Source of the DNA: Tubiluchus corallicola
Taxonomy: Eukaryota > Animalia > Priapulida
Reading direction: 5' to 3'
NCBI GenBank assembly: GCA_030141605.1
Contig: JAQGDQ010000225.1
Span: forward strand, 1 to 64,000
Length of the DNA stretch: 64,000 nt
A program made the position numbers and the translations under genes. The number at the start of each line of letters is the position of its first letter. Positions within the stretch are counted from its first letter, which is position 1. Shown piece by piece: positions 1 to 12,900 of the stretch. The notes beneath the pieces are model-generated. The model was not told the DNA's origin. It saw nothing but the letters and a program-made list of their open reading frames with translations, and searched no databases.

Positions 1-420
1 GTGAAGATGAAAGTGTGTCACGTGCTTTTAAGCTAGGCCCTGATAATGCATAAACTAGTACGAAATTCGTCACGTGACTACACACACAAACAAGATGGCG
101 ATACGCCCTGTATAGGTGTAGAACTGTGAATACAGCGTAATTATTGGTAATTATACCTAAATATATGATTAAATTATAATTAGATTAGCGGAAACATTCA
201 CTGATGACGTAAGAATAATAGAATGATGACGTACGAGCCTAAAAACGAGTAATAACCTAGAAAAAGCTAGGCGGTGCGAAAGTGTAATAGCGCCAAACAG
301 TATATTGTTAATTGCACAGAAGAGTATCATAATGATTCTTTAAAGCTGTCAGTTAGTATGGGCAATTTCTAATATTCCAAATCGATATACAGAGTAGATA
401 CATATTCGCACGCACGCACG

Positions 421-430
<10 letters not shown>

Positions 431-490
<60 letters not shown>

Positions 491-650
491 CTCATACATA
501 CGCATATATAATTACATACATAATCATGTATAAACCCATACACATACAGAGTGTAAGTCACTAATAAATTAAATACACACATTATATAGTTATACACACA
601 CACACATATATATATATACATGCATACGTATATATGTACATCTTGTCTAC
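431..650. repeat. (CA)n microsatellite followed by degenerate CA/TA-rich tract
   Basis: Pure CA run ~431-484, then CA/TA-rich low-complexity sequence. Confidence 0.9.
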
Positions 651-1657
651 GTACATAATTAAATTTTAAAAAGCTATGCCAAAAAGTGCACAACTACGTG
701 TCGACGTGCCGCTACCGCTAGGATGCTTGTTGTTAGCTGCGTGGCGCCCTCTTACAACATAGGCACAAACTATTTCCCCCGAACTTGAAAAAAATTTGGA
801 TATGTTGGGAGCAGAGTAGGACATTAGCCAAAGTAGGACAATTCGCGTACATGGACTAGCCCAAGTAGGGCGCGTTGTCATTGGCTGGCCCAATAGGACG
901 CGTCGCACGTGGGCTGCCCGAGTAGGACACTAGAGACTGGTCACGAACTGAGTCGTTAACCATAATGGCAGCGTCCGTTGCCCTTGTTTATTTAATAGTA
1001 GTAATTTAAAACGTCAATACACGTTGAATAATTTATTATACATCTGATAAAATTAACTGATGTAGTAAAAAGGCCGATAGCAAATTTGGCTTCGATATTA
1101 ATCTTTTTATAAAAGAATCTTATTCTGAGCTAGTAGAACGGCCACTATTAAATTTGGCTTCGATATTAATCTTTTTGAAGTGAAATAAGCCCGTTTTTAA
1201 GCGATCCCAACATCTGATTAACGTATACCTTTTTTTATTTTGTCTCGCTTCACAGACAGGTGATCCGTTTCCCTAGCTCTTGGACAAATAATTGTTTTCT
1301 ACTAAGTAAAAGTTTCATTTTTAAACTTGCAATTATCGCATTAGATACTTAGTTTAATGATATTTATGGTATTAATGGAGTTAATTAAATAATGATGATA
1401 TTATTGTAAAACATACAATTTTGTAAATTGTCAAGGACTATCCAACATTATTAGCGTACTCCGCGCCCTACAGGAGGCCCGTCAGGATTCGAGATATAAT
1501 GCCTTCAAGAGACGAATATTGACAGATAACTCGCAAGACGGTGATCAAAAAAAGCAACGTAGAAATAAACAAAACTGTGCTGTACCGATTTGAAAAGATC
1601 GTTCACAAAATCAATAAAACTCTACATCGCAATCATTAGTAAAGTTTTCGAACTCTT

Positions 1658-1667
1658 GGGTTTCCCC
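1658..1667. promoter_or_regulatory. kB-like (Rel/NF-kB) site GGGTTTCCCC
   Basis: GGG-WWW-CCCC decamer about 100 bp upstream of the ISRE-like element, near the inferred TSS. Confidence 0.35.
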
Positions 1668-1765
1668 GATTGAGTTTTTCGATGAATCACACGCGCATGG
1701 CGCACGTGATTGTGCATTGCATCATTACATAACAGCAACATAACCTGACGAACATTGAACTTGTT

Positions 1766-1783
1766 AGTTTCTGTTTCGTTTCG
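1766..1783 (-). promoter_or_regulatory. ISRE/IRF-binding-like element
   Basis: AGTTTCTGTTTCGTTTCG matches the ISRE consensus AGTTTCNNTTTC plus a third TTTC (minus strand CGAAACGAAACAGAAACT). Confidence 0.55.
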
Positions 1784-1799
1784 AGCTAAAATTGTCTGC

Positions 1800-1840
1800 T
1801 GTGGGTAACAAGTCAAACCTGGTCGGGATCTGCCTGTTTT
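1800..1840 (+). other. Probable non-coding 5' UTR exon of the RNF213-like gene (start approximate)
   Basis: Donor TTT|GTGAGT at 1841 just downstream of a CpG-containing promoter-like region; the ATG exon has an upstream acceptor TTTTAG at 3793. Confidence 0.4.
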
Positions 1841-1881
1841 GTGAGTATTAATTATAAGTATCTATTAATATTCTTGGTATG

Positions 1882-1882
<1 letters not shown>

Positions 1883-1930
<48 letters not shown>
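1883..1930. repeat. (TA)n microsatellite
   Basis: Pure TA run. Confidence 0.95.
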
Positions 1931-1934
<4 letters not shown>

Positions 1935-2217
1935 TTGATTCGAGGCTACAGCTTCGACGACGGCACCATTTGCAGCGATCTTCTTATATTAATTTAACTT
2001 AACTTTGGGGCAACTACTAACACGGAGCGTAATTACAGTGCTAGTCATTTACTAAATTCAAGTACTTTTATACATGCTACAGTATAAATACATGCTGTTT
2101 TGTGCATTCCTCAACAATGGAAGTTGGAACTTAGTTTTTGCTTAATTTTACGGGTAAATTAAAATCGAGTTTGAATTTGAAACTGATGAAACACTTACGT
2201 GTTTGAAACTGATAAAA

Positions 2218-2856
<639 letters not shown>

Positions 2857-3846
2857 GTGTGGTCTCACTCACTGGCACTTCTGCAACTTGACAGCTTTGA
2901 AAATTTATGTAATGAAAGTTTTCTGTCTGGAAAATGCCAAATTGGTGTAAATCAACCAGTCAGAAAGTGTCAAATTAATTTTTGCTGTAAAGGACTTCAA
3001 CACAGCCTTGTGTGCATTTCAAAAAAAACTTACACATATCAGAATAACAAAAAAGGCCTAATCTCACAATCAGAAGAATAACTCTTCTTTAACACTAAGT
3101 AAAAATTTAAAAATCTGATGTTCACCATTGATTCCGGAAATTATAAAAACATACACAGCGTGGTTTACTTCTGGAGTGCAGTTACAGCTTTCACGTTCTA
3201 CCATCTTGTTGTCAAAGTTTATAACATAAACAAATTTTGGATCACCAGAGGTAGACTAAATTTTCTCATTTGTAAACAGTTCTGGTAGACATATCTATGG
3301 GAATTGTTAAAATAACCAAAATTATGTGAGCTGACATGGCTGTCTTAAATTTCTCTCTTTTCACTGTGTAGGCAAAACCTCCTTCCTCCTTAGGCCTCTT
3401 CTGGATTATATCTATTTTTCTCTTGGAGAGAATACACTATAATGTATATCATAGATTCAGTCTTTTTAGCAGAGTTGCTAACAGTAAGAATGGAATGTGA
3501 TGCCTTCTTTATATCTTCTGTTAGAAAGAAATGAAGAGGTTATCTTTATTCCATTCATTAATGTAACTAAAGCATTGTAACTATAAATTGTAAATACATG
3601 TATGTAATCTTGTCCAGAAAAATATATTTGTATGTATGAATCTAAAGTTTGCAATAAAGAACTAAATCAAATCATAAACTATCTTTAAATTCTCTTTGCA
3701 TAAAATCAGGTACATATGCATTTTCACAGAACTTATTTAAAAATTTTGAGATGGCACAGCTTGAGAAGATCACTTTGCAATATTGTGTTTTAGAGTTCTT
3801 TCGTCTTAGTCGCTACTGCCATCAGGAAGCAGAGACTTGTTAAAAG

Positions 3847-3982
3847 ATGTTGTTACAGTGTGATGGATGGGATGAAGACGCCGCTAGGCGCTGTGGTCAT
3901 TTGCTTGACAAGGATGACAAGTTTTGCAGAGCTTGTGGAAAGAAAGTGCAGAGACCGGCCAAACAGTCCTCACACCCTGGAG
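3847..3982 (+). CDS. RNF213: RNF213-like coding exon 1: N-terminal zinc ribbon
   Basis: MLLQCDGWDEDAARRCGHLLDKDDKFCRACGKKV (not the frame shown in the ORF track); KFCxxCG as at the RNF213 N-terminus; donor G|GTAAAT, phase 1. Confidence 0.8.
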
Positions 3983-6900
3983 GTAAATGTGATTATTATT
4001 ATTAGTATTCTTATTATTATTCTTTTGCTGCCTTTACAAATGTTGACCCGTGCTGAAAACATGGAGCAAAAAAGAACCATTTTAAAAATTTAATTGCGTT
4101 GTAAGAAGTAGCTATGAAACAAACTTTAGTTTTATGCAACTTGAGTATGTTTAGTTACTGCAGGTAACAAAGTCTAGCAATGCAATAAATTGCTCCATTT
4201 TTGTATCTGATATAAAGTCATACTGATCAAACTTCCCAGCTATAAAACTGATAAAGGAGTGGTTTGTATAAACAAAGTTAACAAACCTTTATTGACTTTT
4301 AGGTGAGTGATAAGTGTGCACTTTTTACTGGAATTAGATTAGTCTAGGTTCAATATAATGCACTTCAAGGCTTACACTTGTTGAGAATTTATGTACTGTA
4401 GTTTGTACAGTACTGAGCGTGTTAGCCTAAAAATCACTTTTCTGAGACACAGTAAAATTCACAGCAGTTATACCACTAACTTGCACGATGCTAATAAATG
4501 AAAATTTATGCAAGTTACGTTTTAGATATATATTATAGTATACCATATACATTTTATATATATGTATATATATATGCTATGTAAGCTTAGCAACTTAATA
4601 GATTTCCTAATAACAATAATAGAAACAACAATAGAAAATCTTATATCCACGAAATCAGAAAAACCCAAAATGTCTGTATGTGTTGTTGTGTTTGTATGCA
4701 GTGTTCCAATTCGTGTTCAAATTATATTTTACTTTAAGTAATTCACATTTAATGTTGTAAGTATTAAGTTTCATCAGAAATTCCAGTAGAGGTGGTCACT
4801 TGCATCTTAAAAAATCTTGAAACATTCAGGGTCTTTCGCAAATTTTTTTAACTATATATAGCAAGTATTGAGCAACATGAGACAATTGAATCCGCGTTCC
4901 CACAAAAATTCTGAGATAGTTTGATTATAATTTGAAATGTTAAAATTCAGTTATTTTCAAATTTGAAAGTATACAGCCATCAGGATATTAAGAGAAGGCA
5001 GTGTGTAGCGATGAGTCGAAACATCGTGTTTCTTTCTTGTTTCTGTATTGTGAAATTTCTTCGTAATTAGGTAGGCATTGAGGTGTCAACATTTATCAGA
5101 GTATTCCACCCACTTCTATCTGCAGCTAACAGCATAAATTCTTCTACTCCTAAAGATAGATTTACTTGAAGTTGTGGAACATCTTTATTTACCTTAGCTA
5201 TCCAAGTTGTTTTAGGTTTGCCAGGTCGTTTTTTACAAGGTTTTAAAGCTTCCTTTATGGCGATTCTTACTGGTGCTTCACTTTGTAATCTTAGAAGATG
5301 TCCTAGCCATCTTAATCATCAGATCTTGACTTTTGAACTCCAATAAATTTCTTTCGTTCTGCTGTATAAATCTTCATTTGTGATTATGTATGGCCATCAT
5401 ATTTTTAAAACTTTCCTAAGAAGACTTCTATGAAGTGTGTCAATCTGCTTTTCTTGAGTAATCGTTAAATCTCAAGTTTCGCTGTTGTACATAAATATAC
5501 TGGTAATGTAAGCATTAAATAAGCGAAGTGTTATGTTAAGACTTAATTTCTTGCTAGTTAATACATCCTTGTGCTGAAGAAAGGCATGCATTGCTTGTTG
5601 CTTTCTACTTTTAATATCATCTTCGGTGCTTAGAAAAGTGCCCATGTACTTGCACTTTTTCCAAGACTGATTACAATGTCTTGCAATAATATATTCTTCT
5701 GTTTTTGATTGGTTTGCTTGAAGATTTCTTTTCTCTAGTTTTTTTAGAAAATCCGTTTTTATTGCATTAGTTTAAAAATTTGATACGCTAATCCATCTAA
5801 TATTGTCTGCATATTGTTGATCAATAAGGACTGGTTCATAGGATGCCAAAGCACAGGATAAGATTCCATAGGACAGCAGTGATCCAGAATATGTTGAAGA
5901 CGGATATCACAGACAGTGGTATCGTAATCATGATCATCATATGGAGTAGTATTTGGATATGAATGATTTCTTGATAAGTGAAATAGCCTTTTCGTTTTTG
6001 GAACAGTTCTGAGCATTCGAAACACTTCAGTTATAAAATGTTTAGACAAAAATGTGGACGCCTGTAATTTTCAATTTTCTTTTTACTTTAGAATCTAGAT
6101 ACCTCTAAAACTAAATTGTATGTTACCAAATGGTGTATGTAGGATGTTATCTTTGTTTACTAATGTTATTCATATAGGTGCTATAAAAACAACAATCAAG
6201 GCACCAAATGGCGACAGTTCATTTAAAGACTTTAGTGCAAGTGACTTAACTGTCAGTCTAAAAAACATGGGAACAGATCAATTTGCCAATGAAACGTTAA
6301 GTGCACAAGTTGGCAATGCCGGTGACACTGTCTCCTTGAATTTTGGTGATCCCATAGATAACTCATTTGCCACTGAAACTTTAGTCATCCAAAGAAATAG
6401 TGTTTCTGTGAATCTTGGAGATGCTATTGAGTACTCGAGCGATGCAGGCAGATTGCAGACTGCTTCTAAGGATGAGGAGAATGAAGAAGAGTCATTTGTG
6501 ATCGTAACAGAATGCTCTGATGGTAACAATGCTCGTCCTACATCGAATGCTACTGGGAAGTGTTACATGGACTACATCGATATGCCATTGGCTGCCTCAG
6601 GAAATTCTGATAATGGAAGCACGTCGCAGACCGCAACCTCTTATTCCTCATCTGGAGAAGCAGATCATGGACCTCATTCAGTTGAAACATCACCCGGAAC
6701 TGATGAGGAAAATTTGGCTTCACCAGTGTCATCCGTCAATTATTCTCCAGATGCATTAAACGATGAATCTTGTTCATTTGAATTTGTAGGCGATCGTGGT
6801 GATGGTGGTGTCAGTATTATCCATTCTTGCCCAACACTAGATACTGTTCCTGATGGTCTTGATAATGCGCAGAGCAGGTTAGTATAGCAGTACCTTTCAT

Positions 6901-9900
6901 TCATATTAGGCTAGGCTTTCATAATTTTTAATAAATGTCTGGATTCATTATCCAACTAAATATATTTAAATAAGTCGACCTTTAGTATTAAACTATTTGT
7001 TATATTTTATGTTTTTGCTCAAGTATACATTAAATCTTCATATAGATCATAATTTATTCGGTAAGTACCTTTAAGTGTTATTTTACGTGCCTTTTTGTAT
7101 GAATTAATTCCTATCCAGCTTGCATATTATGATAAATAGACAATGGAAGAATTAGACCACTGAGTACTAACATTCTAAATAAACTAGTGATGTAGTTTAA
7201 GTAGCCATAATTATCTAAGTACGTAATGGTGCATGAACAGAGTCACCACTCTGCACACCTATGGAAAATACTTTCGTATTTTGGTTCAAGCATACTATAT
7301 ATAGACTACTTCTCAAACAATTGAGTTAATGTATTTATATAATAACTATGTGATTTTCTTAGCTGGATGGCAGACTTTTTAAATATCACGATTTCTTCAT
7401 TCATATCTGCATTTTTTTGCAGAGACTTGATGTCCACGTCTTGTCTGGTAGAGAATGCCAACACTGAAGACTCTGAGCTGTCTTCCGCTGCAGGTTCTCA
7501 AGGTTGGTGCTCAGCATGTATTTTTCGTGACTTATTTTCAATGGGCAAGCAAATTAAAAAGTAAACACTTGATGAAATATGTATTTGAAATCAAGGAATA
7601 TGATCATTTGCGATGAAATTTTGTGTTTGTTCATCTTTAAATGGCTTTTATCGTTGTTGTACATTGTAGTTAAGAATGAAAGTCAAATGACTGAAACATC
7701 CTAAAAATCTGAAAACTGATTATGTGACCTGTGGTCTAGTAATTTGCTAAGAATTTATGCTATACTTGGTTGTTTTTTCCTACAAGTTGATAAATGATAA
7801 ATAATAGGGCTGTAGCCTGGCAGGTTTTATAACAAGGTAATAAGTCAAGGTAATTAGGTAACCTTATCTATAGGAGTCAAGTTACATTATAAATTTATTT
7901 TAGTATCACCAGGATGCAGTGCAGAAAACGAGGTTTTTGTTTGGGCTATCACTAAAGGTGATGGAAGAGTACAGAGTAATAACACTGTGTATGCAGCACA
8001 TTAAAATATGTATAGCAGATCACATTATATCAGGCTTAGCAGTCTGCAATAATATTACAAGCCAACAATAACTATATAATGTAAATTGTTGAAAGAAATT
8101 AGTATTAATGACTTCTTTCATTGTTGTCATAGTTAAATTCAACTTGTTATCCTTACATATGTAATGTACAATATCATACAGAATCGTGTCATTCCTGTTG
8201 TGTTTTTGTGCAGTTAGACGTTGTGTGTGGCTTCGTACTAGTGCAAAAAACTGCTGAGCATCGTAATGTTGAAAAGCTTACCAGCACAATCGGGTCTGGA
8301 AATCTTACCGGACTATCTTTTTCTGGCAGAGGGACAAAAACTTTTCTTAAAGTATTTTTCACAAAAGTTTAATAGAAAAAACTTTAGATATTTTCCTCTC
8401 TTTATTAATAAAAAAGGCAAAAATGTTCTACATTCTAATACATTCTAACGTAATTATTACTTGAGGTAACATTTTTTCCGCGTGACTGTATGCACTCCAA
8501 TTTTGGCCCTACGTATAGCATCGTACTCAATAACTTGGCAGTGGGCCAGTGGAAAGAACGTACAGATGTAATGTTGAGCATAATGATTGTGCAGTAACTG
8601 AACTACTATAGCAGCAGTCTCTCATTCTTGTTCATTCTGTAAATACGCTTGCTATTATAAAGATAAGATATGTGTACATGCATAGCAAAATCATCCATAA
8701 GATGGCAATTGAGTTATTCACATATGCTGAGTCTCCATTTCATGAGGATCATTTTGATACCAAGCTCATTGCTCTATGTTATTTCTAAGCTGAGATAATT
8801 TACATTGAAGTTGAGATGTAGTCTGCGCAGTGAAAAACATAATCTAGAGAAAATCACTGTTAAAGTTAGCCATTGTTTTTTGTCGTATTTCTACAAAACG
8901 CTTAGCAACCGCACAAATGTTGGTTCCTACGGACTTTGCAAGAACACTTTGATGTTATGTTTAAGTCCAGCTCTTTCTGACGAAAATTTGGGCTTGGCAA
9001 CAAAATAAGAAACTTGGAGCAGAATGACTGCTTCCATGAGCTACTATCAGAGATTAAAAATATGAGTTTTTTTAATTGCATGTCTAGTTTCTAGCCATTA
9101 AAGTGGGTACATAAAATTAAATTTTTAGTATTTTTTAAACATTTTCTTGATAATTTAATGCTAAAACGTGAAAGTCCAATATATTTATTGCTTATTTTTA
9201 TAAAAAAAACGAAAAATTGCTATTTGAGAAAATTTTTGGTTAGCTTTAACTTCATAATGTAGTTTTAACTATGCCAGCTTAATGAATGGTTTTGGTTTGC
9301 AAGCACACATATATTAATTTTTGTAGCAGCACAGCTAGCCTTCTTAGCCCTAACATATTTTCGCTGCATAATAGTTCAAAATTAAAAGTCTTATCTTACG
9401 ACTCATTGATTTGAGGTTGGCTTCATATTATACTATTGAAGTTACCTAGCAACTGACCTTGCCACCTAGTCGCCAACCAGTACAAGGCATGTACTAACAT
9501 TATTGTTAAAAACTTCACCGTTTAATTCCTTTATGACACTCAAAAATACATCTTTCAGTAATCAGTAGTTAAGCAATATCAGACATAAGGAGTGCTTAGA
9601 TGGGTGAGATATTTTGCAGAATTGTTTCAAGTTGTGTCCTGTTACGGTGATATAAACAGTGAGCCAAACATAATCAATGGTCCTTTTTAGTATACTTCTA
9701 AGAAATTTTGTGGAACAGTATCTAACATAAGGCAAATTATCTTGATAAGCATTACCGTTTCCATCCATAATTTATTACTGATTTTTTTTATAATTCTAGA
9801 TCCGTTGCTCTTCAGCATTCAACATGCATTTCAACAATCTCTGTTGTTGGCTGCTGAGAACTTGAATCTTACTAGCAAAAAAATGGAAATTTTCCGTGAA

Positions 9901-12900
9901 CGTCTGAATCACATAAAGGGAGAAGCAGATTTGCATGTAAAGTTGCCTAGTATCTTCAGTCACATTGGCTTGGACTTATGGTATTACCATACTTTCATGG
10001 CAGATGTGTATAAAAACATGAATTCTTATACCACTGCAAAGGATGCACAGTCAGATGTGAAAAACCAGGTTGATAATGGTATTAATGCATATGTAAAGTC
10101 AGCGCTGCCGCCACAAAGCTCCATAGCTGAAGAAACACACGAGAGCATCTCAATATTTGAAGCGTATTCGAGAACCACAGGTCATCAAATGGTGATGGGG
10201 CATGAACATGCCACTGCATTAGGTTACTCACAACATCAAACTGGCTCTGTATTTCCAGTTGGCCATACATCTGCTGGATCTGTGCGGGGTGGAGTTTTCG
10301 GTGATGCACCAATCTCTGCTGATGTTGCACAATCTAAGTATGGTTTGAAAAACTCTGGTCAATTTTGCAGCCTACCAACGTCTGGCATGGGAACCCAGCC
10401 TGGTAGTTATCCTCATAAAAAACAAAGTTCTCACAAGTCAGCTACACAAAAACGGGGAACTGCAAATGCTCAGCAAAATGTTGTAAGAAATGACCATGTT
10501 GCAACATTCCAAGCCTGTGGAAAACAAGACAGTAATGATGCAACAACAGCGCATGGAGGAACTGCAAATGTCGAAGAGAGTGCTGTGTCAAGCCATCTAA
10601 CCAGTTCAAATCCTGAGCATGCATCTGCTGTTTCATTGCATGACTCCAATGCTACTAAGAGCAAAACAGATGCAAATAATACTACAGAAAAGTCTCTAGG
10701 AAATTCAGATAGTGTTTCTGTCTCTAAACTAGTTCAAGAAATTGAAAAATCCCAAAAGTGTGGACAATCTTTGCAGCAAGAAAAGATTCAGAAAAGTGAG
10801 ACAAGCCAGCAGACCATTTCACATCCTTTACGATGTGACAAGAGTGAGAAATTGGGTTCGTACCCACTTCAAAATGGAGAGAACGGGGTTATTGCCAACC
10901 AGGGAAGATCCTATGCTGATGTCACAAAACAAAGCAATTCGGCTAAGGTAAATATGCTTTATTTTGATAATATACAAGATGAACTAGAGTAAAATGCCTA
11001 CATTTAACTTAGAATAAGTGTTTTTACATTTTTGCGTAGTGCATTAGAGCATTAGTGAACATGTTAGTACATTTGGCAATTAATTGGCTATATACAGCAA
11101 ATTTAAGTATTTTGTACCAAAATTGTAAGAGAAATGTGATATTATTTTTTTAACTTTCCTTTAGGTACAGCAGCAGTCATTTATCCACAACACACGGTAA
11201 GTTTATTTGTTTTCTAAAATATTGTCTGTTTAACTTTTCTGACATTTTAACATCATTTCGTATGCAGGCCTACCTTCAGAGTTCTGTTATAGTTAAGCAC
11301 ACTGTGTGCTGGTATTGTAAACTCAATATTAGGACTTATTATCATATTCTTGGTTGCCATGATGATTCAATCCAAACTAATAGTTCTGTATTGCGTGCTT
11401 TCAGATATTGTGCTGTTTAATGTGTTCCAGCTTTAGAATATACATCTGTCTTACTATATAAGCCTTGAGTTTAATTATTGCAGTACCTGGTATTGGGAGT
11501 TTTTTCTCTCGTCCTCTCTGGTCCGCTTTCCTGTTGTCACTGGTTAGTGCGCCCACTATATCGCACTTGTACACTGAGCTCAGGAAATAGATGTTCACTT
11601 CCTCTCTAGTGTAATATTCAGTTTGGTTAACATATTCATTTTCTGATTTCATTACACCACTAGACTTATTAGTCTGCTCATAACCATTTGCAGTTTGCGT
11701 TACACCATAGTCTTGGTATTTGGTGAGAGCTTGTTTTTGTCAGGTGTTCCAAACGTCTGTTTGTCTTTGATTCCTTTGTATACTGTGTGATATCAAAGTT
11801 ACCTGGCATTTGATGCTTTTTATGTATAAATCTTGTGAAGGTTTTAGACCCTTGCTTTACATGCGTTACCTTAAATTTAGCTGTGAACGGGTTAATATAT
11901 TTTTCACATTTATTTCCATATTTATGCTGCACGGTTCCCGTATCTGTAACATTGAAGCTATTGACACTAGTATCATTTGACTGTTTTCACAAGTGCTTGT
12001 CCACAGAACTACTAGGTGTAGCTTTTTCTCGTCATCATCTACACCAAATGAGTACACCAACAGTTTAGTTTGTTCAATCCAGTCTTCCAAAAGTTCTAGG
12101 TGTCGTATGGAGTCATTGCCCAGGTTGCACTTTTGCCCAGCTGCAGTTAGAGGGTGGCATCTATCTAATTGCGTACAGTCTGAGATTGAAATTAGACGAC
12201 ACTAAGTCTGGTCAGTACGTGGATGAGTAAATGCCAGGTAACATGAGAGTTATTCTGAACAGGTTCATCTGTCATGCCGCCTATTATAACATTATACAGT
12301 TTTGTATGAGTGACAATTGTGAGTAATTGTATGGTTTGTTGGTGTGCATTCAATTGATATTTGTAGTAAGTAAGTTTTTAAGTGTTTATAATCCCCATCG
12401 TATCATTATCTGATTGCAGCTTTTGATTGAAAACAAATTCTGCTATAATTGTGTGTATGCCTTTCATGTCATTGTTGTTGTCACTGTCATCACTAGTATA
12501 CCAGCCTCATCATCATCATCGTAGTTACAAGTATTATTCTGTCTACAGAACTAATGCTAAGCAAGAACCTCAAGTTATTGAAGTTACGTTTCATGCTGTC
12601 TTGTCTCCGGACTTTGGTTTGAAGGAGAACGAATCATTAATCTGGGTTTCGGAAGCCACAGGCTGGAAAACAGACGGTTTTCATCTTCAGAAAACGAGGT
12701 AATGGCAAAAATAGACCTGCTTGTTTTACTTTTTGCAAATTTTTGTAGCTTTTCATTTCATTTTGATAACTGCAGGTATGTATTCCCAATCTTAATTAGC
12801 TTTTTGTATAAAAACTAGTCGAAGTCAGTAATATCAGTTGACATAATTAGTCGAAAGAAGGTGCTAGAAACAGTTACAAGTAATGATAAGACATTTTTTT

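Noticed and set aside
349-693. 114-aa CV-repeat ORF
   Set aside because: Translation of the (CA)n/(TA)n tract
1082-1176. 27-bp direct repeat AAATTTGGCTTCGATATTAATCTTTTT
   Set aside because: Only two copies; consistent with a simple local duplication
3860-4093. 77-aa ORF with a hydrophobic tail
   Set aside because: Wrong frame over the zinc-ribbon exon; the hydrophobic tail is intronic ATT repeats
6092-6117. Potential extra microexon before exon 2
   Set aside because: One acceptor gives an in-frame stop and the other breaks phase; exons 1 and 2 already join in phase
8805-9008. Similar short ORFs recurring at 8805, 17627 and 32942 (LEKI.VKVSHCF...)
   Set aside because: Chance frames in MITE family A copies; they are interrupted differently in each copy and have no transposase motifs
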